Shown: piece after piece, positions 1 to 9,481 of the stretch | Position numbering within the stretch: the first letter of the stretch is position 1 | How the letters are laid out: each line of letters begins with the position of its first letter | DNA from: Desulfocapsa sulfexigens DSM 10523 | GTDB taxonomy: Bacteria > Desulfobacterota > Desulfobulbia > Desulfobulbales > Desulfocapsaceae | Direction: 5' to 3' | Length of the DNA: 32,000 nucleotides | Assembly: GCF_000341395.1 (NCBI RefSeq) | Contig: NC_020304.1 | Location: 720,001-752,000 of the forward strand | Notes under the pieces: model-generated | The model's input: only the letters and a program-made list of their open reading frames with translations | Database searches by the model: none | Told to the model about the DNA's origin: nothing | Program-made: the position numbers and the translations under genes

Positions 1-993
1 ATACGGACAAGCAAAGAGCTCACTGAAATGGCAAATGCGCTCAACACCATGGTTGACCACATTCGGGAACGTGCCAGTCAAGCTGAGGCCATTGCCGGAG
101 GAAACCTTGCAGTAGAGATCAAAGTACACTCCGACAACGATACCCTTGGAAAGTCGCTCACCGCCATCACTGATAATATCAGCGCCATTATCAGTGAAAT
201 AAGTGACAACGCAGATAATCTTTTAAAAACATCCCAGGAAGTAACCGAGCTTTCAGACGACCTGGAGATCACTTCCACCATTATAGAACGTCGTGCCCAG
301 GAAATGGGACACTCCTTTGAATCGGTCACCGACAACCTCCAGGTCGTAACAGATGGAACGGAGAGGATGTCTCTCTCCATCCGGGAGATCAACGAAAACA
401 CAGCAGCCAGTAACCAGACCACCGAAGAGGCAAAACAAGCCGCCCTTGAATCCTCTGCCATCATTCAACAACTTAATGAAGTGGTAATCAGCATCGGTAA
501 GGCGAATCAGGCAATCACAGAATTTGCTGACCAGACCAACCTTCTTGCCCTGAACGCCACCATCGAGGCTGCCCGCGCAGGAGATGCAGGTAAAGGATTT
601 GCCGTGGTTGCCTCGGAGGTAAAAGATCTTGCAAGCCAGAGCATGAGAACGGCAAAAAATATTCATGGAAACGTCAACGATATCCAGAAATTCACAGTAC
701 AGGCAGTAAATTCTGCCGAAAAGATATCAAATGTAATTGCACTCGTTAGAGAATCCTCACTGGTCATCACGAAAGCAGTCAACGAACAGGCCACAGTGGC
801 TGACAATATCACCAACAGCACCAGCAGTGCTTACAAAACAACCACTGGATTTTCTAAAAATATAGAAGATATCAGCAATTCAGCAACGGTTACCAGCGAG
901 ACGATGGTGGCTCTGAACAGTTCCGCACAACAACTGGAATCAGTCGCCACCACACTTCGTAACAGAGTGGAATCATTCACCTTAAAAGGATGA
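1..993 (+). CDS. Methyl-accepting chemotaxis protein, C-terminal part (5' end outside window)
   Basis: Frame is open from base 1 ([20 protein letters not shown]...). Contains the MCP hairpin signature [35 protein letters not shown]. Confidence 0.95.
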   Translation: MRTSKELTEMANALNTMVDHIRERASQAEAIAGGNLAVEIKVHSDNDTLGKSLTAITDNISAIISEISDNADNLLKTSQEVTELSDDLEITSTIIERRAQEMGHSFESVTDNLQVVTDGTERMSLSIREINENTAASNQTTEEAKQAALESSAIIQQLNEVVISIGKANQAITEFADQTNLLALNATIEAARAGDAGKGFAVVASEVKDLASQSMRTAKNIHGNVNDIQKFTVQAVNSAEKISNVIALVRESSLVITKAVNEQATVADNITNSTSSAYKTTTGFSKNIEDISNSATVTSETMVALNSSAQQLESVATTLRNRVESFTLKG

Positions 994-1019
994 TAAACAA
1001 TTAATTCAAGGAGATCTCT

Positions 1020-1592
1020 ATGACCAGGACACTATGTAGACCCGTATTCATCTTAGCTTTGACATTCTTCTGCTTCTCACTTGCCACACCTCTCATTGCT
1101 GCAGAAGTAGGCAAAGGGAAAATACCTGAAGATCAACTTGCAAAATCCTATAAGAAACTTGACTGGGGTGTTGCTATCTGGGACACCGACGAAGCTGTGG
1201 CCAATCTGCAAAAGGGAGAAAATACACTCTGGGTGGATACACGTCCGGAAAGCTTCTTTAAAAAAGGTACTGTAAATGATGCCGTTTTACTCATTTACAA
1301 CAAAAAAGGAATGGAAGAAAATACACTCACCCCGGAATCACTGGAAAAGGCTCTTGCCGATAAGGGGCTTGCCAAGGATCAGGCAACCATCGTGTTTTTC
1401 TGTCAGGGACCTAAATGTCACCGCAGCTATAACGCCAGTTTTGCTGCTGTTACCGAATGGGGTTATTCTCCCGAGCAGATTGTATGGAACCGCGAAGGCT
1501 ATCCCTTCCTCTTCAAAAAAGTACAGGAAGATGCCAAACTGAAGCGTAAAGCAAAACGCTATATCAGTGACGCCGGTGTGAAGCAACTGTAA
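1020..1592 (+). CDS. Secreted/periplasmic rhodanese-like domain protein
   Basis: N-terminal signal peptide (FILALTFFCFSLATPLIAAE). Rhodanese elements LWVDTRPESFFKKGTVNDAVL and FFCQGPKCHRSYNASFAAVTEWGY; GGAG-like RBS upstream. Confidence 0.85.
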   Translation: MTRTLCRPVFILALTFFCFSLATPLIAAEVGKGKIPEDQLAKSYKKLDWGVAIWDTDEAVANLQKGENTLWVDTRPESFFKKGTVNDAVLLIYNKKGMEENTLTPESLEKALADKGLAKDQATIVFFCQGPKCHRSYNASFAAVTEWGYSPEQIVWNREGYPFLFKKVQEDAKLKRKAKRYISDAGVKQL

Positions 1593-1619
1593 AATTCAAT
1601 CCTCTCAAAAGAAAAAACC

Positions 1620-1658
1620 AAAACGGCGCTCTCATCTATCTGATGAGAACGCCGTTTT
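1620..1658 (+). terminator. Strong hairpin, probable Rho-independent terminator after the rhodanese gene
   Basis: AAAACGGCGCTCTCATC-TATCT-GATGAGAACGCCGTTTT: 17-nt arms with one mismatch, ending in TTTT. Confidence 0.85.
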
Positions 1659-1770
1659 ACTGTCCGGTTCAAAGAGCAAATTTTTCCAAAATCGAGTATC
1701 GTTTCGGAAAATTAAAACGTATCCGGCATGCCGGGTCACATACAGAAGTACTCTTTCTTCCGGACAGCCT

Positions 1771-2829
1771 GTGGCCGATATTCCTTACAAAAACAACTTT
1801 GATCTTTTGCGTCTGATACTGGCCTTTAGTGTTTGTCTGGCCCATATTGGAGCGGTAAGTGGCATCCAGGCTTTTTTCCCGCTGGGGGATTTTTTCAATT
1901 CTTCAATTGCGGTGGATTGTTTTTTTGTGGTCAGTGGTTTTCTTATCTTCAGAAGCTATAATCGTTCTTCACGCCTTCTTTCCTACTTCAACAAACGTCT
2001 TCGCCGTATTTATCCAGCATACCTGACAGTTGTTCTCCTTGCGGCCATTTTCCTGCCGCTGCTTATACGTCCAGATACAAACCTGATATTTTCTACCGAA
2101 TGGTTCCGTTATCTTTTTTCCAATCTGATTTTTTTAAATTTTCTGCAACCCCATCTCAGTGGAATCTTTTCAGCCAACCCTCTCTCTGTTATCAATGCTC
2201 CGCTCTGGACAATTAAAATTGAGGTACTATTTTATCTCTCTGTGCCACTCATCTTTTTTCTTTTCCGGGACAAAAAGAAATGGCTGATTCTCGTGTTACT
2301 CTATGGTGCTTCAGTCTCGTATTCACTCTTTTTAATACACCTCTACCTCAACACTGGAACCGATCTCTATCTCAGACTTGAAAAACAACTTCCAGGGCAA
2401 CTTGCATTCTTTCTAAGTGGCGGTGGACTCTACATCTACTTCTCCTTTTTTAGAAACCATTACTTGAAACTACTGCTGCCTTCTCTGCTCTTTCTCACTT
2501 TCAAGGGCAGCACCTTTATTCCTGGGATTTACCCTTTTTACCCTCTTGCACTAGCGGTCACAGTGATATCTTTTGCTCTCATCTTTCCATATCTGGGCAA
2601 CTGGGGAAAGTATGGAGATATTTCCTATGGTGTATATATATATCACTTTCCCATCCTGCAGATTTTCACTTTTTTTGGGCTCCTCAGAGAACATCCCTGG
2701 ATCGGCTTCACTTTTTTTATCCTCTCCGTTCTTATGACTTCGGCGTGTTCCTATCACTTTATCGAGCGCCCTTTTCTCCGTAAAAGCTCGCACTACAGAA
2801 AGGCAGCTGAGGAGAGCTCCCCCCAATGA
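1771..2829 (+). CDS. Acyltransferase family 3 (OafA/OatA-like) membrane protein
   Basis: NNFDLLRLILAFSVCLAHIG, VDCFFVVSGFLIFRSY, NKRLRRIYPAY and multiple TM segments are typical of acyltransferase_3. Start appears to be GTG. Confidence 0.9.
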   Translation: MADIPYKNNFDLLRLILAFSVCLAHIGAVSGIQAFFPLGDFFNSSIAVDCFFVVSGFLIFRSYNRSSRLLSYFNKRLRRIYPAYLTVVLLAAIFLPLLIRPDTNLIFSTEWFRYLFSNLIFLNFLQPHLSGIFSANPLSVINAPLWTIKIEVLFYLSVPLIFFLFRDKKKWLILVLLYGASVSYSLFLIHLYLNTGTDLYLRLEKQLPGQLAFFLSGGGLYIYFSFFRNHYLKLLLPSLLFLTFKGSTFIPGIYPFYPLALAVTVISFALIFPYLGNWGKYGDISYGVYIYHFPILQIFTFFGLLREHPWIGFTFFILSVLMTSACSYHFIERPFLRKSSHYRKAAEESSPQ

Positions 2830-3908
2830 GTGTTCTGAAACCACCCGAAAATATCATCAGACGCTTCTGTTCTCACGCAGAGAGTGCCGAGATAACCACT
2901 CTTGGCCAGGGAAATATTAACGATACTTTTTTGGTACATGCAAAAGAGAAATCCTTTGTCCTGCAGCGAATCAACACTCAAGTCTTCCCTGATCCTCAGA
3001 TCCTGATCGACAATCTTCACCATTTGAGTCAACACCTGTCTTCACTCAAGGCCACGACGAAACAGCGCTGGGAAGATGCCACGCTTATTCCTGCACTGGA
3101 TGGCTCCTCCTCTGTCTGTGACCGAGAAGGATCAATATGGCGTGCCCTTACCTACGTTGAAGGCAGTATCTGTTTTTCCCATGCAACAACACTGCTCCAG
3201 GCAGAACAGACAGGGTGGGCCCTTGGACATTTCCACAAACGACTTATTGGGCTTGATGCTGAGAAAATGAAGATTCCATTACCGGGATTCCACTGTCTTG
3301 GAAACTATCTGGAACAGTACGAAAGACTCAAAGGAGAAAGGAGAGAGGGCAACTCTCCAGAAATAGCATTTTGCCAACAGATCATACAAGATCAACGGGA
3401 AGGTGCACTGATTCTGGAAAAAACAGTTTCCAAAAAGAAATACCCAGCCAGACTCAGCCATGGTGATCCTAAAATTGCCAATGTTCTTTTCGACAAACAA
3501 AATAGTCTTGCAATCAGTCTTATCGATCTGGATACCGTGGGCCCTGGACTTCTGCAGCATGATATTGGAGATTGCCTCCGTTCCGTCTGCAACAGGGGTG
3601 GAGAAGAGAGTAGTGACAAAGCTACCTTTGATCTAACGTTCTGTGAAGCAACCCTGAGTGGATATTTCAAAGCGGCCGAAGCGTTTCTGTTGTCGGGCGA
3701 AAGTGAATTGATCTACAACGGGATACAGGCCATCACCTACGAACTGGGACTGCGGTTCTTTACGGACTATTTACGGGGAGGCCTCTATTTTAAGAGTAAC
3801 ACCCCGGAAGATACTCTTCGTAAAGCCCAAGTACAGTTCACTCTACTGCTGGACATTATTGCCAAAGAGGACACCATCCGAAAACTGACCCTGCAACTCA
3901 GCAAATAA
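2826..3908 (+). CDS. Phosphotransferase (aminoglycoside phosphotransferase/choline kinase-like fold)
   Basis: Glycine-rich GQGNINDTFLV, FVLQRINTQVF, catalytic SHGDPKIANVLFD (as ARLSHGDPKIANVLF) and SLIDLDTVGPG. ATGA overlap with the upstream gene. Confidence 0.85.
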   Translation: MSVLKPPENIIRRFCSHAESAEITTLGQGNINDTFLVHAKEKSFVLQRINTQVFPDPQILIDNLHHLSQHLSSLKATTKQRWEDATLIPALDGSSSVCDREGSIWRALTYVEGSICFSHATTLLQAEQTGWALGHFHKRLIGLDAEKMKIPLPGFHCLGNYLEQYERLKGERREGNSPEIAFCQQIIQDQREGALILEKTVSKKKYPARLSHGDPKIANVLFDKQNSLAISLIDLDTVGPGLLQHDIGDCLRSVCNRGGEESSDKATFDLTFCEATLSGYFKAAEAFLLSGESELIYNGIQAITYELGLRFFTDYLRGGLYFKSNTPEDTLRKAQVQFTLLLDIIAKEDTIRKLTLQLSK

Positions 3909-3919
3909 CAATAGCTTTT

Positions 3920-5332
3920 CTATTGAAAGAGTAGCATGACATTAAGACTGGGGATATGCCACCCTGTTGACATTAAATAAATATAGATTCCAAACAGAAA
4001 AAAATACCCCACCTGAATAAAACGATACTGCCACCAGGCAATAACCCCCTCGAATTCCTCCTCATAAAACTTATCGAGTATGTACAATCCGGCAAGTTCA
4101 CTTACAAACATAATGGCAAGACCATAGGCAGGGTACACCCATTCCGGGACAGCGACTGTCAACGATTCCAATGCTTTTACTCCGAATTGCCTTCCAAAGG
4201 TCGGGAGAAAATCCGTAAAATTTCTGACCGTAAAGTTCAGTCTGCTTACCAATTCACCTCCAAAGGCAAGGGGCAGCAGAATTGGTACCATGGGAGAAAA
4301 ACGTCCCATTATTTCATCATTAAACACCCCGAACATGAGGTCACCATAGATGATAACAACATAAAGAATACTGAATCCGAGAAATAGTGGAACTGCGTAC
4401 AACCCCATCTGACAAACCCAACCATTCATGCAGGCTGATTGGATATTTTCCATTAAATTAAAAATATTCTGATCCAGCAAACGGGCAAGCTGAGATCCCA
4501 TAAGAAAAGGGATCATCAGGGTACAGCTTATAAGTCTTCCTTTTCGTATGATAAGTTCGGACAGTGGATGACGTATATTCAATTGCGGGGAGTTATGGTC
4601 ACAGAGGTGCATACAACGTCCACAGACAAGACATTCCAAATTATTAGTCACTTTATACGCGCCCAAAGAAACCGGGCAGCCAGGTTCCATCTCTGTTCCC
4701 CTGTTACAGGCAAATGTTGTACATTGTCTGCATGCACTGTGATCTGGCCTGAATTCAATCAACGAAATTGACGCCCCTATCCCCATTAACCGTCCCAGCG
4801 GACAGAAATATTGGCACCAGGCCTGTTTTGAGAACAGCATTGCACAGAAGGTTGCTCCGCCCAATATAATGAGAAGCAGCCAGGTGGTTTCTTTTGGGCT
4901 GTCCTTCATTCCAGTGGCCTCTTCCACCCAGATAATCGCCATAAAGAAACAAACTGAAATGGTGACACTGTTTTTTATCAGTATCTTTGGAACTTTTTTT
5001 TCAAGAGAAAGATGCCAGGTCTGAAGAAATTTACCGGCCACTGGAAAAGGGCAAACCCCACACCACAATCTGCCGACAAAAAAGAGGCTCAATATGACTG
5101 ATGGCCACCACACCCCCCAGCAAAGATACAGTATGATGTTGCTTCCGGGTGCTTGAGGTCCAAAAAGCCCGGAAAGAATCAAAACAAGAAAAAGTACAAC
5201 AAGGAATGTCTGCCAGATATGATGGAACCGCTGATTATAAAAGAGTCTCTGTAACCAGGGGAAAGTCTTGAAAAGATCGCATTTTTGTCCAGGGTCAGAG
5301 AACAACTTTGAGCACAAATTGAAAATATTCAA
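3920..5332 (-). CDS. NapH/CcoG-like polytopic membrane protein with two [4Fe-4S] cluster motifs
   Basis: Multiple TM helices; CGVCPFP, WCQYFCPLGRLMG, CRQCTTFACNRGTEMEPGCP and CLVCGRCMHLCDHNSP. Confidence 0.85.
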   Translation of the reverse strand: MNIFNLCSKLFSDPGQKCDLFKTFPWLQRLFYNQRFHHIWQTFLVVLFLVLILSGLFGPQAPGSNIILYLCWGVWWPSVILSLFFVGRLWCGVCPFPVAGKFLQTWHLSLEKKVPKILIKNSVTISVCFFMAIIWVEEATGMKDSPKETTWLLLIILGGATFCAMLFSKQAWCQYFCPLGRLMGIGASISLIEFRPDHSACRQCTTFACNRGTEMEPGCPVSLGAYKVTNNLECLVCGRCMHLCDHNSPQLNIRHPLSELIIRKGRLISCTLMIPFLMGSQLARLLDQNIFNLMENIQSACMNGWVCQMGLYAVPLFLGFSILYVVIIYGDLMFGVFNDEIMGRFSPMVPILLPLAFGGELVSRLNFTVRNFTDFLPTFGRQFGVKALESLTVAVPEWVYPAYGLAIMFVSELAGLYILDKFYEEEFEGVIAWWQYRFIQVGYFFLFGIYIYLMSTGWHIPSLNVMLLFQ

Positions 5333-5334
5333 TT

Positions 5335-5937
5335 TTATTTCGCCTTACTTCTCACCGAAAGACAGCGCTTTTTAATCTGAAAACCGACTATCAAAGAAGC
5401 AATATAACTCAACAAAAAGAGCAGAGTGACAGAAACACCCTCCATACCAAATGGTTTGGAAGGAAGAAGAAAGAGATAGGCTTGTCCAGAAACTACGGGC
5501 AACACGTGTTCGTCCAGACTGCTGTTAAGCCAGGCCATAACCAGAAAAAGAGGCAAGAGATAAATCAGGACGTAGCGGAAGTAATGCTGAGCGAGATAGG
5601 TATTAAAATCTTCATCAATGGATTGATCGGCAGAGGTGTAAAGGGCATCTCTACTTCTTGGGTCCGGAATAATGGCGATGGTATCCCTTTCCGCCTTCTG
5701 GACAGTAAATTTCTCACGAAATGCTTTCTCCCTGACCTCGACTTTCAGCCACCTTCGGAGACAAAAGGCAAAGCCAACCGTGCAGATTGCAACAATAACA
5801 ACTTGCCCACTCGGAGGCAAAGAGAGAGCAGACAAACTATCCAGGAAAAAGAAATCGAAGACGTCCCTGACGCCAAGAAACAGCGGTTGCAGCATTCCAT
5901 AATAAATGAAATCAAGAATGGTGTTTACTACCTGCAT
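5335..5937 (-). CDS. Uncharacterised integral membrane protein, likely co-transcribed with the NapH-like gene
   Basis: 200 aa, hydrophobic segments at the N-terminus and two or more near the C-terminus with a charged middle region; 2-nt gap to the downstream gene. Confidence 0.7.
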   Translation of the reverse strand: MQVVNTILDFIYYGMLQPLFLGVRDVFDFFFLDSLSALSLPPSGQVVIVAICTVGFAFCLRRWLKVEVREKAFREKFTVQKAERDTIAIIPDPRSRDALYTSADQSIDEDFNTYLAQHYFRYVLIYLLPLFLVMAWLNSSLDEHVLPVVSGQAYLFLLPSKPFGMEGVSVTLLFLLSYIASLIVGFQIKKRCLSVRSKAK

Positions 5938-6070
5938 AGAAGAAAATTACATTTAATACGAAAATTTAAGCGCATGCCATAAACCAATAATGGAGTGAAA
6001 GTTTCCCCACCCCATTATCAGCTCTGTCCATTATACCATTAGCGGCATCTACCACTAAGATATCTACATA

Positions 6071-7762
6071 TTAACGCATGAACCAAAGAAGTCCGGTATA
6101 CTGCATGAAGGTTAGAACTAAGGCGCCAGCAAGCAGCCGTTTGAGCAGAATCTCTGGCATTTTTTTCTGCAGTTTCGGACCAACCACACCACCACACATG
6201 GCACCAGCTGCGATAAGGGCTGCCATGATCCAGTCAGGCTGGTAGCCCATCATGACATATTTTGCAATACCACCAACCGAGGTGGAAAAAGCTCCAGCGA
6301 GTGCAATGGGCACTGCCAGATACATTGGATATCCTACCATTGTTGTCATAAAAGGCATAAACATAAAACCACCACCTACACCAAAGGAAGAGGCTATAAT
6401 TCCCATGACAACACCACCTAACAGCATCAACAGTGGCTTGGCCAAAAAGGTTTCACCCCAAAAGCGCATCTCAAATTTAATGGGATGAAACTTATCAAAT
6501 TCAATGGAACCCAGCTGCATGGCTTTGCCGGACTCTTTGGCTTCTTTTACCGCCGCATTAAATTTCTGGACAATGGCCTTCATTGCCTTTTTCTTCTCAA
6601 TGGAACTGGGCAATGACTCAACATATAATTTAATACCTATAACCAGACAGATTAAGCCGAGATAGAATTTAAAAGCAGCAAGATTCAGATATTTTGCTGA
6701 AAGTGGGGGACCAATAAAGAAAGCACCAATCACGATACCAATGGCAAATGGAATAGCCACGGGATAGGCAAACCGTTTTTCTTTGAGATAACTGAGCAAT
6801 CCACTGATGGGAGAACAAAGAGTAAGAAACAGGTTTGTGGGCTTAATGGTATTACCGGCGTTAATACCGATGGGACCATTGGTTCCAATAGCGGTAATCT
6901 GAAATGCCGCAGTAAACAGACCACCGGCTGCTCCCATAATAACAAAAAGAACACCGATAACAAAGGCACCACCAAAAACTACCAGCGGATTCATGTAAAC
7001 ATTACCTGTCTTAAAGAAAAATCCTGATTTCTCAATACTGAATGTATCAACCTTCGTCCCGTTCACATAGACGGCCATCACTGTATCGGGATAGAGATTT
7101 TTGTAGGGAGACATGGAGACGGAAAATTTTCCGGTGGCCTTGTCAAGACTTACCGAAACGCCGGTATTCCAAACCTCAGCCACAGTAGCATAATCACCCA
7201 GAACCATCCGGGCATTCCCACCAGTACTTGGCTTTTCTTTCACGATGGTATTCATCCCAAATCTATCCTCATGGGCGTAGGTCACCATCTTCCATTGCTC
7301 TTCAGTTGTTACAGAACCCAACATAGTCCGTATGGACGGATCAATATCAGTCCATGCTTTAATCTTGTTTACCCTGACATCGTACTTGAATGGTGGAAAA
7401 GCAAATATGCCAGAAGTCTGCCCTTTCGGTGAAACTTTAGGGGTTGCCAATGCTTCGGGATTACTGGTGACAATATAATACGATGGCGGGATAGCAGTTT
7501 CACCAAAAACGTTCTTCCCATCCTTCCCCTCCATCAGACGCTTCCTTTCTTTGGGCCCCGGAGCATCCTTTGCCGAAAACAGCTTATCCGTAGCAATGAC
7601 AACAAAAAGTTCCTGACCCGGATCGATATTTCCGGTAACTCCAATGGCGTCTCCTGCCGTAACCTTTTTCGTGCTTAAGGTGCCATCAACTGCCATGGCA
7701 TTGCCACTCACAAAGGCCATACCTACGACGAGGACAACTAAAAGTAATAAAATTCGCTTCAT
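6071..7762 (-). CDS. TauE/SafE-family permease with signal peptide and about 240-aa N-terminal extracytoplasmic domain
   Basis: N-terminal signal (LLLLVVLVVGMAFVSGNAMAVDG), then a soluble region. C-terminal membrane domain has NLFLTLCSPISGLLSYLKEK and GGVVMGIIASSFGVGGGFMFMPFMTTMVGYP. Confidence 0.85.
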   Translation of the reverse strand: MKRILLLLVVLVVGMAFVSGNAMAVDGTLSTKKVTAGDAIGVTGNIDPGQELFVVIATDKLFSAKDAPGPKERKRLMEGKDGKNVFGETAIPPSYYIVTSNPEALATPKVSPKGQTSGIFAFPPFKYDVRVNKIKAWTDIDPSIRTMLGSVTTEEQWKMVTYAHEDRFGMNTIVKEKPSTGGNARMVLGDYATVAEVWNTGVSVSLDKATGKFSVSMSPYKNLYPDTVMAVYVNGTKVDTFSIEKSGFFFKTGNVYMNPLVVFGGAFVIGVLFVIMGAAGGLFTAAFQITAIGTNGPIGINAGNTIKPTNLFLTLCSPISGLLSYLKEKRFAYPVAIPFAIGIVIGAFFIGPPLSAKYLNLAAFKFYLGLICLVIGIKLYVESLPSSIEKKKAMKAIVQKFNAAVKEAKESGKAMQLGSIEFDKFHPIKFEMRFWGETFLAKPLLMLLGGVVMGIIASSFGVGGGFMFMPFMTTMVGYPMYLAVPIALAGAFSTSVGGIAKYVMMGYQPDWIMAALIAAGAMCGGVVGPKLQKKMPEILLKRLLAGALVLTFMQYTGLLWFMR

Positions 7763-7805
7763 ACTCCCTCCTTTTTTTGTTATCGAGCCAACAAACAGTA
7801 ATAAA

Positions 7806-9464
7806 TCATTTTATTTCTACAATTTTTGCATCCCCAACGTACTCTCTACTTTCAAAACCCGTCATACTTGTCATCTTTTGCGTCAGAACACCAATCTCCT
7901 TCAAGTTTCTGACAATCGTTTTTACGTCATCAATCAAATCCTGATTTTCCAGATCTTCTTCGAGGAGCTGCGCTGTTCCCAGAGCAGCAAAAAGTGGTGA
8001 ATTTATCTCATGGGCAACGGTTCCGGCAAGCTCGACGACCCCCTGAAGTTTTACCCGCTCCAGTTGTTCTTCCTCCAGCTGCCTCTTGGCTGTAACATCA
8101 CGTATCACTTCAATGACATACTCCACCCCTCCATCCGGACCCAGCATAGGGGAGGCTGTGCGCTCACACCAATGCACATCAGAACCCTGCAATATCCTGT
8201 GAGTAAAAGTTGCACTTTTTCCTGTCTCCAAAACTCTATCTACAGGGCAATCCTCTCTCATGCAGTCCTGATCCTGCCAGAGGCCATCATAATCACACCC
8301 CAGAAGGTCATTCTCAGAACGATTCATTACTTCCTGGAAAACCTTATTCACCAGGATCAGATGTTTTCCTTTATCGACCACCAATAACTGCGGCCTGATG
8401 CAATCCAAAATATTTGAAAGAAACCGCTCATTCTCCTCTATCTGATTAAACAGCAGCGTGATCTGCTGATACGTTTTAGCGTTGCGAATGGCAACGCCAC
8501 CAACCTCCGCAGCAGTGACTGCAAAATTAATTTCACTACTGGTAAAGCAATGTGAGACATCAGAGAGGATGCGCAACACGCCGATGACATCATTCCCCGC
8601 CTTGATCGGTACGGAAAGAAGTGACTTAATCCCCTCCTCCTCCATGTTTTTTTTGTAAAAAATCCGGTTATCCTGCCTCACGTCAAAGATAGAGACAGGA
8701 GAACCGGACAGAGCAGCCTCCACGTTCTTTTCATTCTCAACATCTCCCCGCTGCAGATATGTCTCAGACAAGCCGTAGGAGGCTACCAGTTCCAGCTGGT
8801 TACTCTGGGATTGAAGGAGACGTATGGAGCAGCCCTTACACCCAAGTGACTGGGGCAAACGTTCGACGATGGTGTCAAGCACTGCCGACAGATCAAGGCT
8901 GGAACTCACAAGAGTGGAAAGTTCCTGGATCTCCTTCATGAAATCCACCTGATTTTCCATCTCTGTAAACATCCTGCTGTTGGAGATCGCAATTCCAACC
9001 TGTTCCGCAAGGGCCATGGAGAATGAGATTTCATCCGCTGTAAAAATCCGCTTGTCTCGAGTAAGAAGACGAAGCATCCCGATAATTCCATCCTGAAAGA
9101 TAATGGGTAGAGTGAGAATTGACTTTACCCCCTCACTCTGCACCAGTTTCTGGTCATTATGACTGAATTCCTGATCCAGATCAGTCTTCGCTACGGGATA
9201 GCCGGAGCGGATCATCTCCATTGTTTCATCCGTGTCAATACTGATACGGGAAAGATACTCCAGCGAAAGACCATGAGCAGCCCCCATGACAAACTGACCG
9301 GTCTCGGCATCAAGCAGGCGGATGGTTGCTGCGTCTACTGCCATAAGGTCAGGCAGACTGCGGACGATGGTATCCATCACCTGTTGATGATCAAGAACCA
9401 TTGAGGTCAGCTTGGTCACCTTCTGGAAAACCTTGATGTACTTCTGTTCCTGTAACAGCGTCAT
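7806..9464 (-). CDS. GAF-GAF-PAS-HisKA signalling protein lacking HATPase_c
   Basis: Two GAF-like regions (AVDAATIRLLD..., LGCKGCSIRLLQ...), a PAS-like region with VEYVIEVIRDVTAKRQLEEEQ, and H-box VVELAGTVAHEINSPLFAALG. Protein ends about 70 aa after the H-box. Confidence 0.85.
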   Translation of the reverse strand: MTLLQEQKYIKVFQKVTKLTSMVLDHQQVMDTIVRSLPDLMAVDAATIRLLDAETGQFVMGAAHGLSLEYLSRISIDTDETMEMIRSGYPVAKTDLDQEFSHNDQKLVQSEGVKSILTLPIIFQDGIIGMLRLLTRDKRIFTADEISFSMALAEQVGIAISNSRMFTEMENQVDFMKEIQELSTLVSSSLDLSAVLDTIVERLPQSLGCKGCSIRLLQSQSNQLELVASYGLSETYLQRGDVENEKNVEAALSGSPVSIFDVRQDNRIFYKKNMEEEGIKSLLSVPIKAGNDVIGVLRILSDVSHCFTSSEINFAVTAAEVGGVAIRNAKTYQQITLLFNQIEENERFLSNILDCIRPQLLVVDKGKHLILVNKVFQEVMNRSENDLLGCDYDGLWQDQDCMREDCPVDRVLETGKSATFTHRILQGSDVHWCERTASPMLGPDGGVEYVIEVIRDVTAKRQLEEEQLERVKLQGVVELAGTVAHEINSPLFAALGTAQLLEEDLENQDLIDDVKTIVRNLKEIGVLTQKMTSMTGFESREYVGDAKIVEIK

Positions 9465-9481
9465 AAAACTGTTATATCCCG

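Noticed and set aside
7806-9464. Possible pseudogene (kinase without ATPase domain)
   Set aside because: The reading frame is intact for 552 aa with good domain structure, and the 43-nt downstream gap shows no remnant ATPase coding sequence, so it is kept as a real gene.
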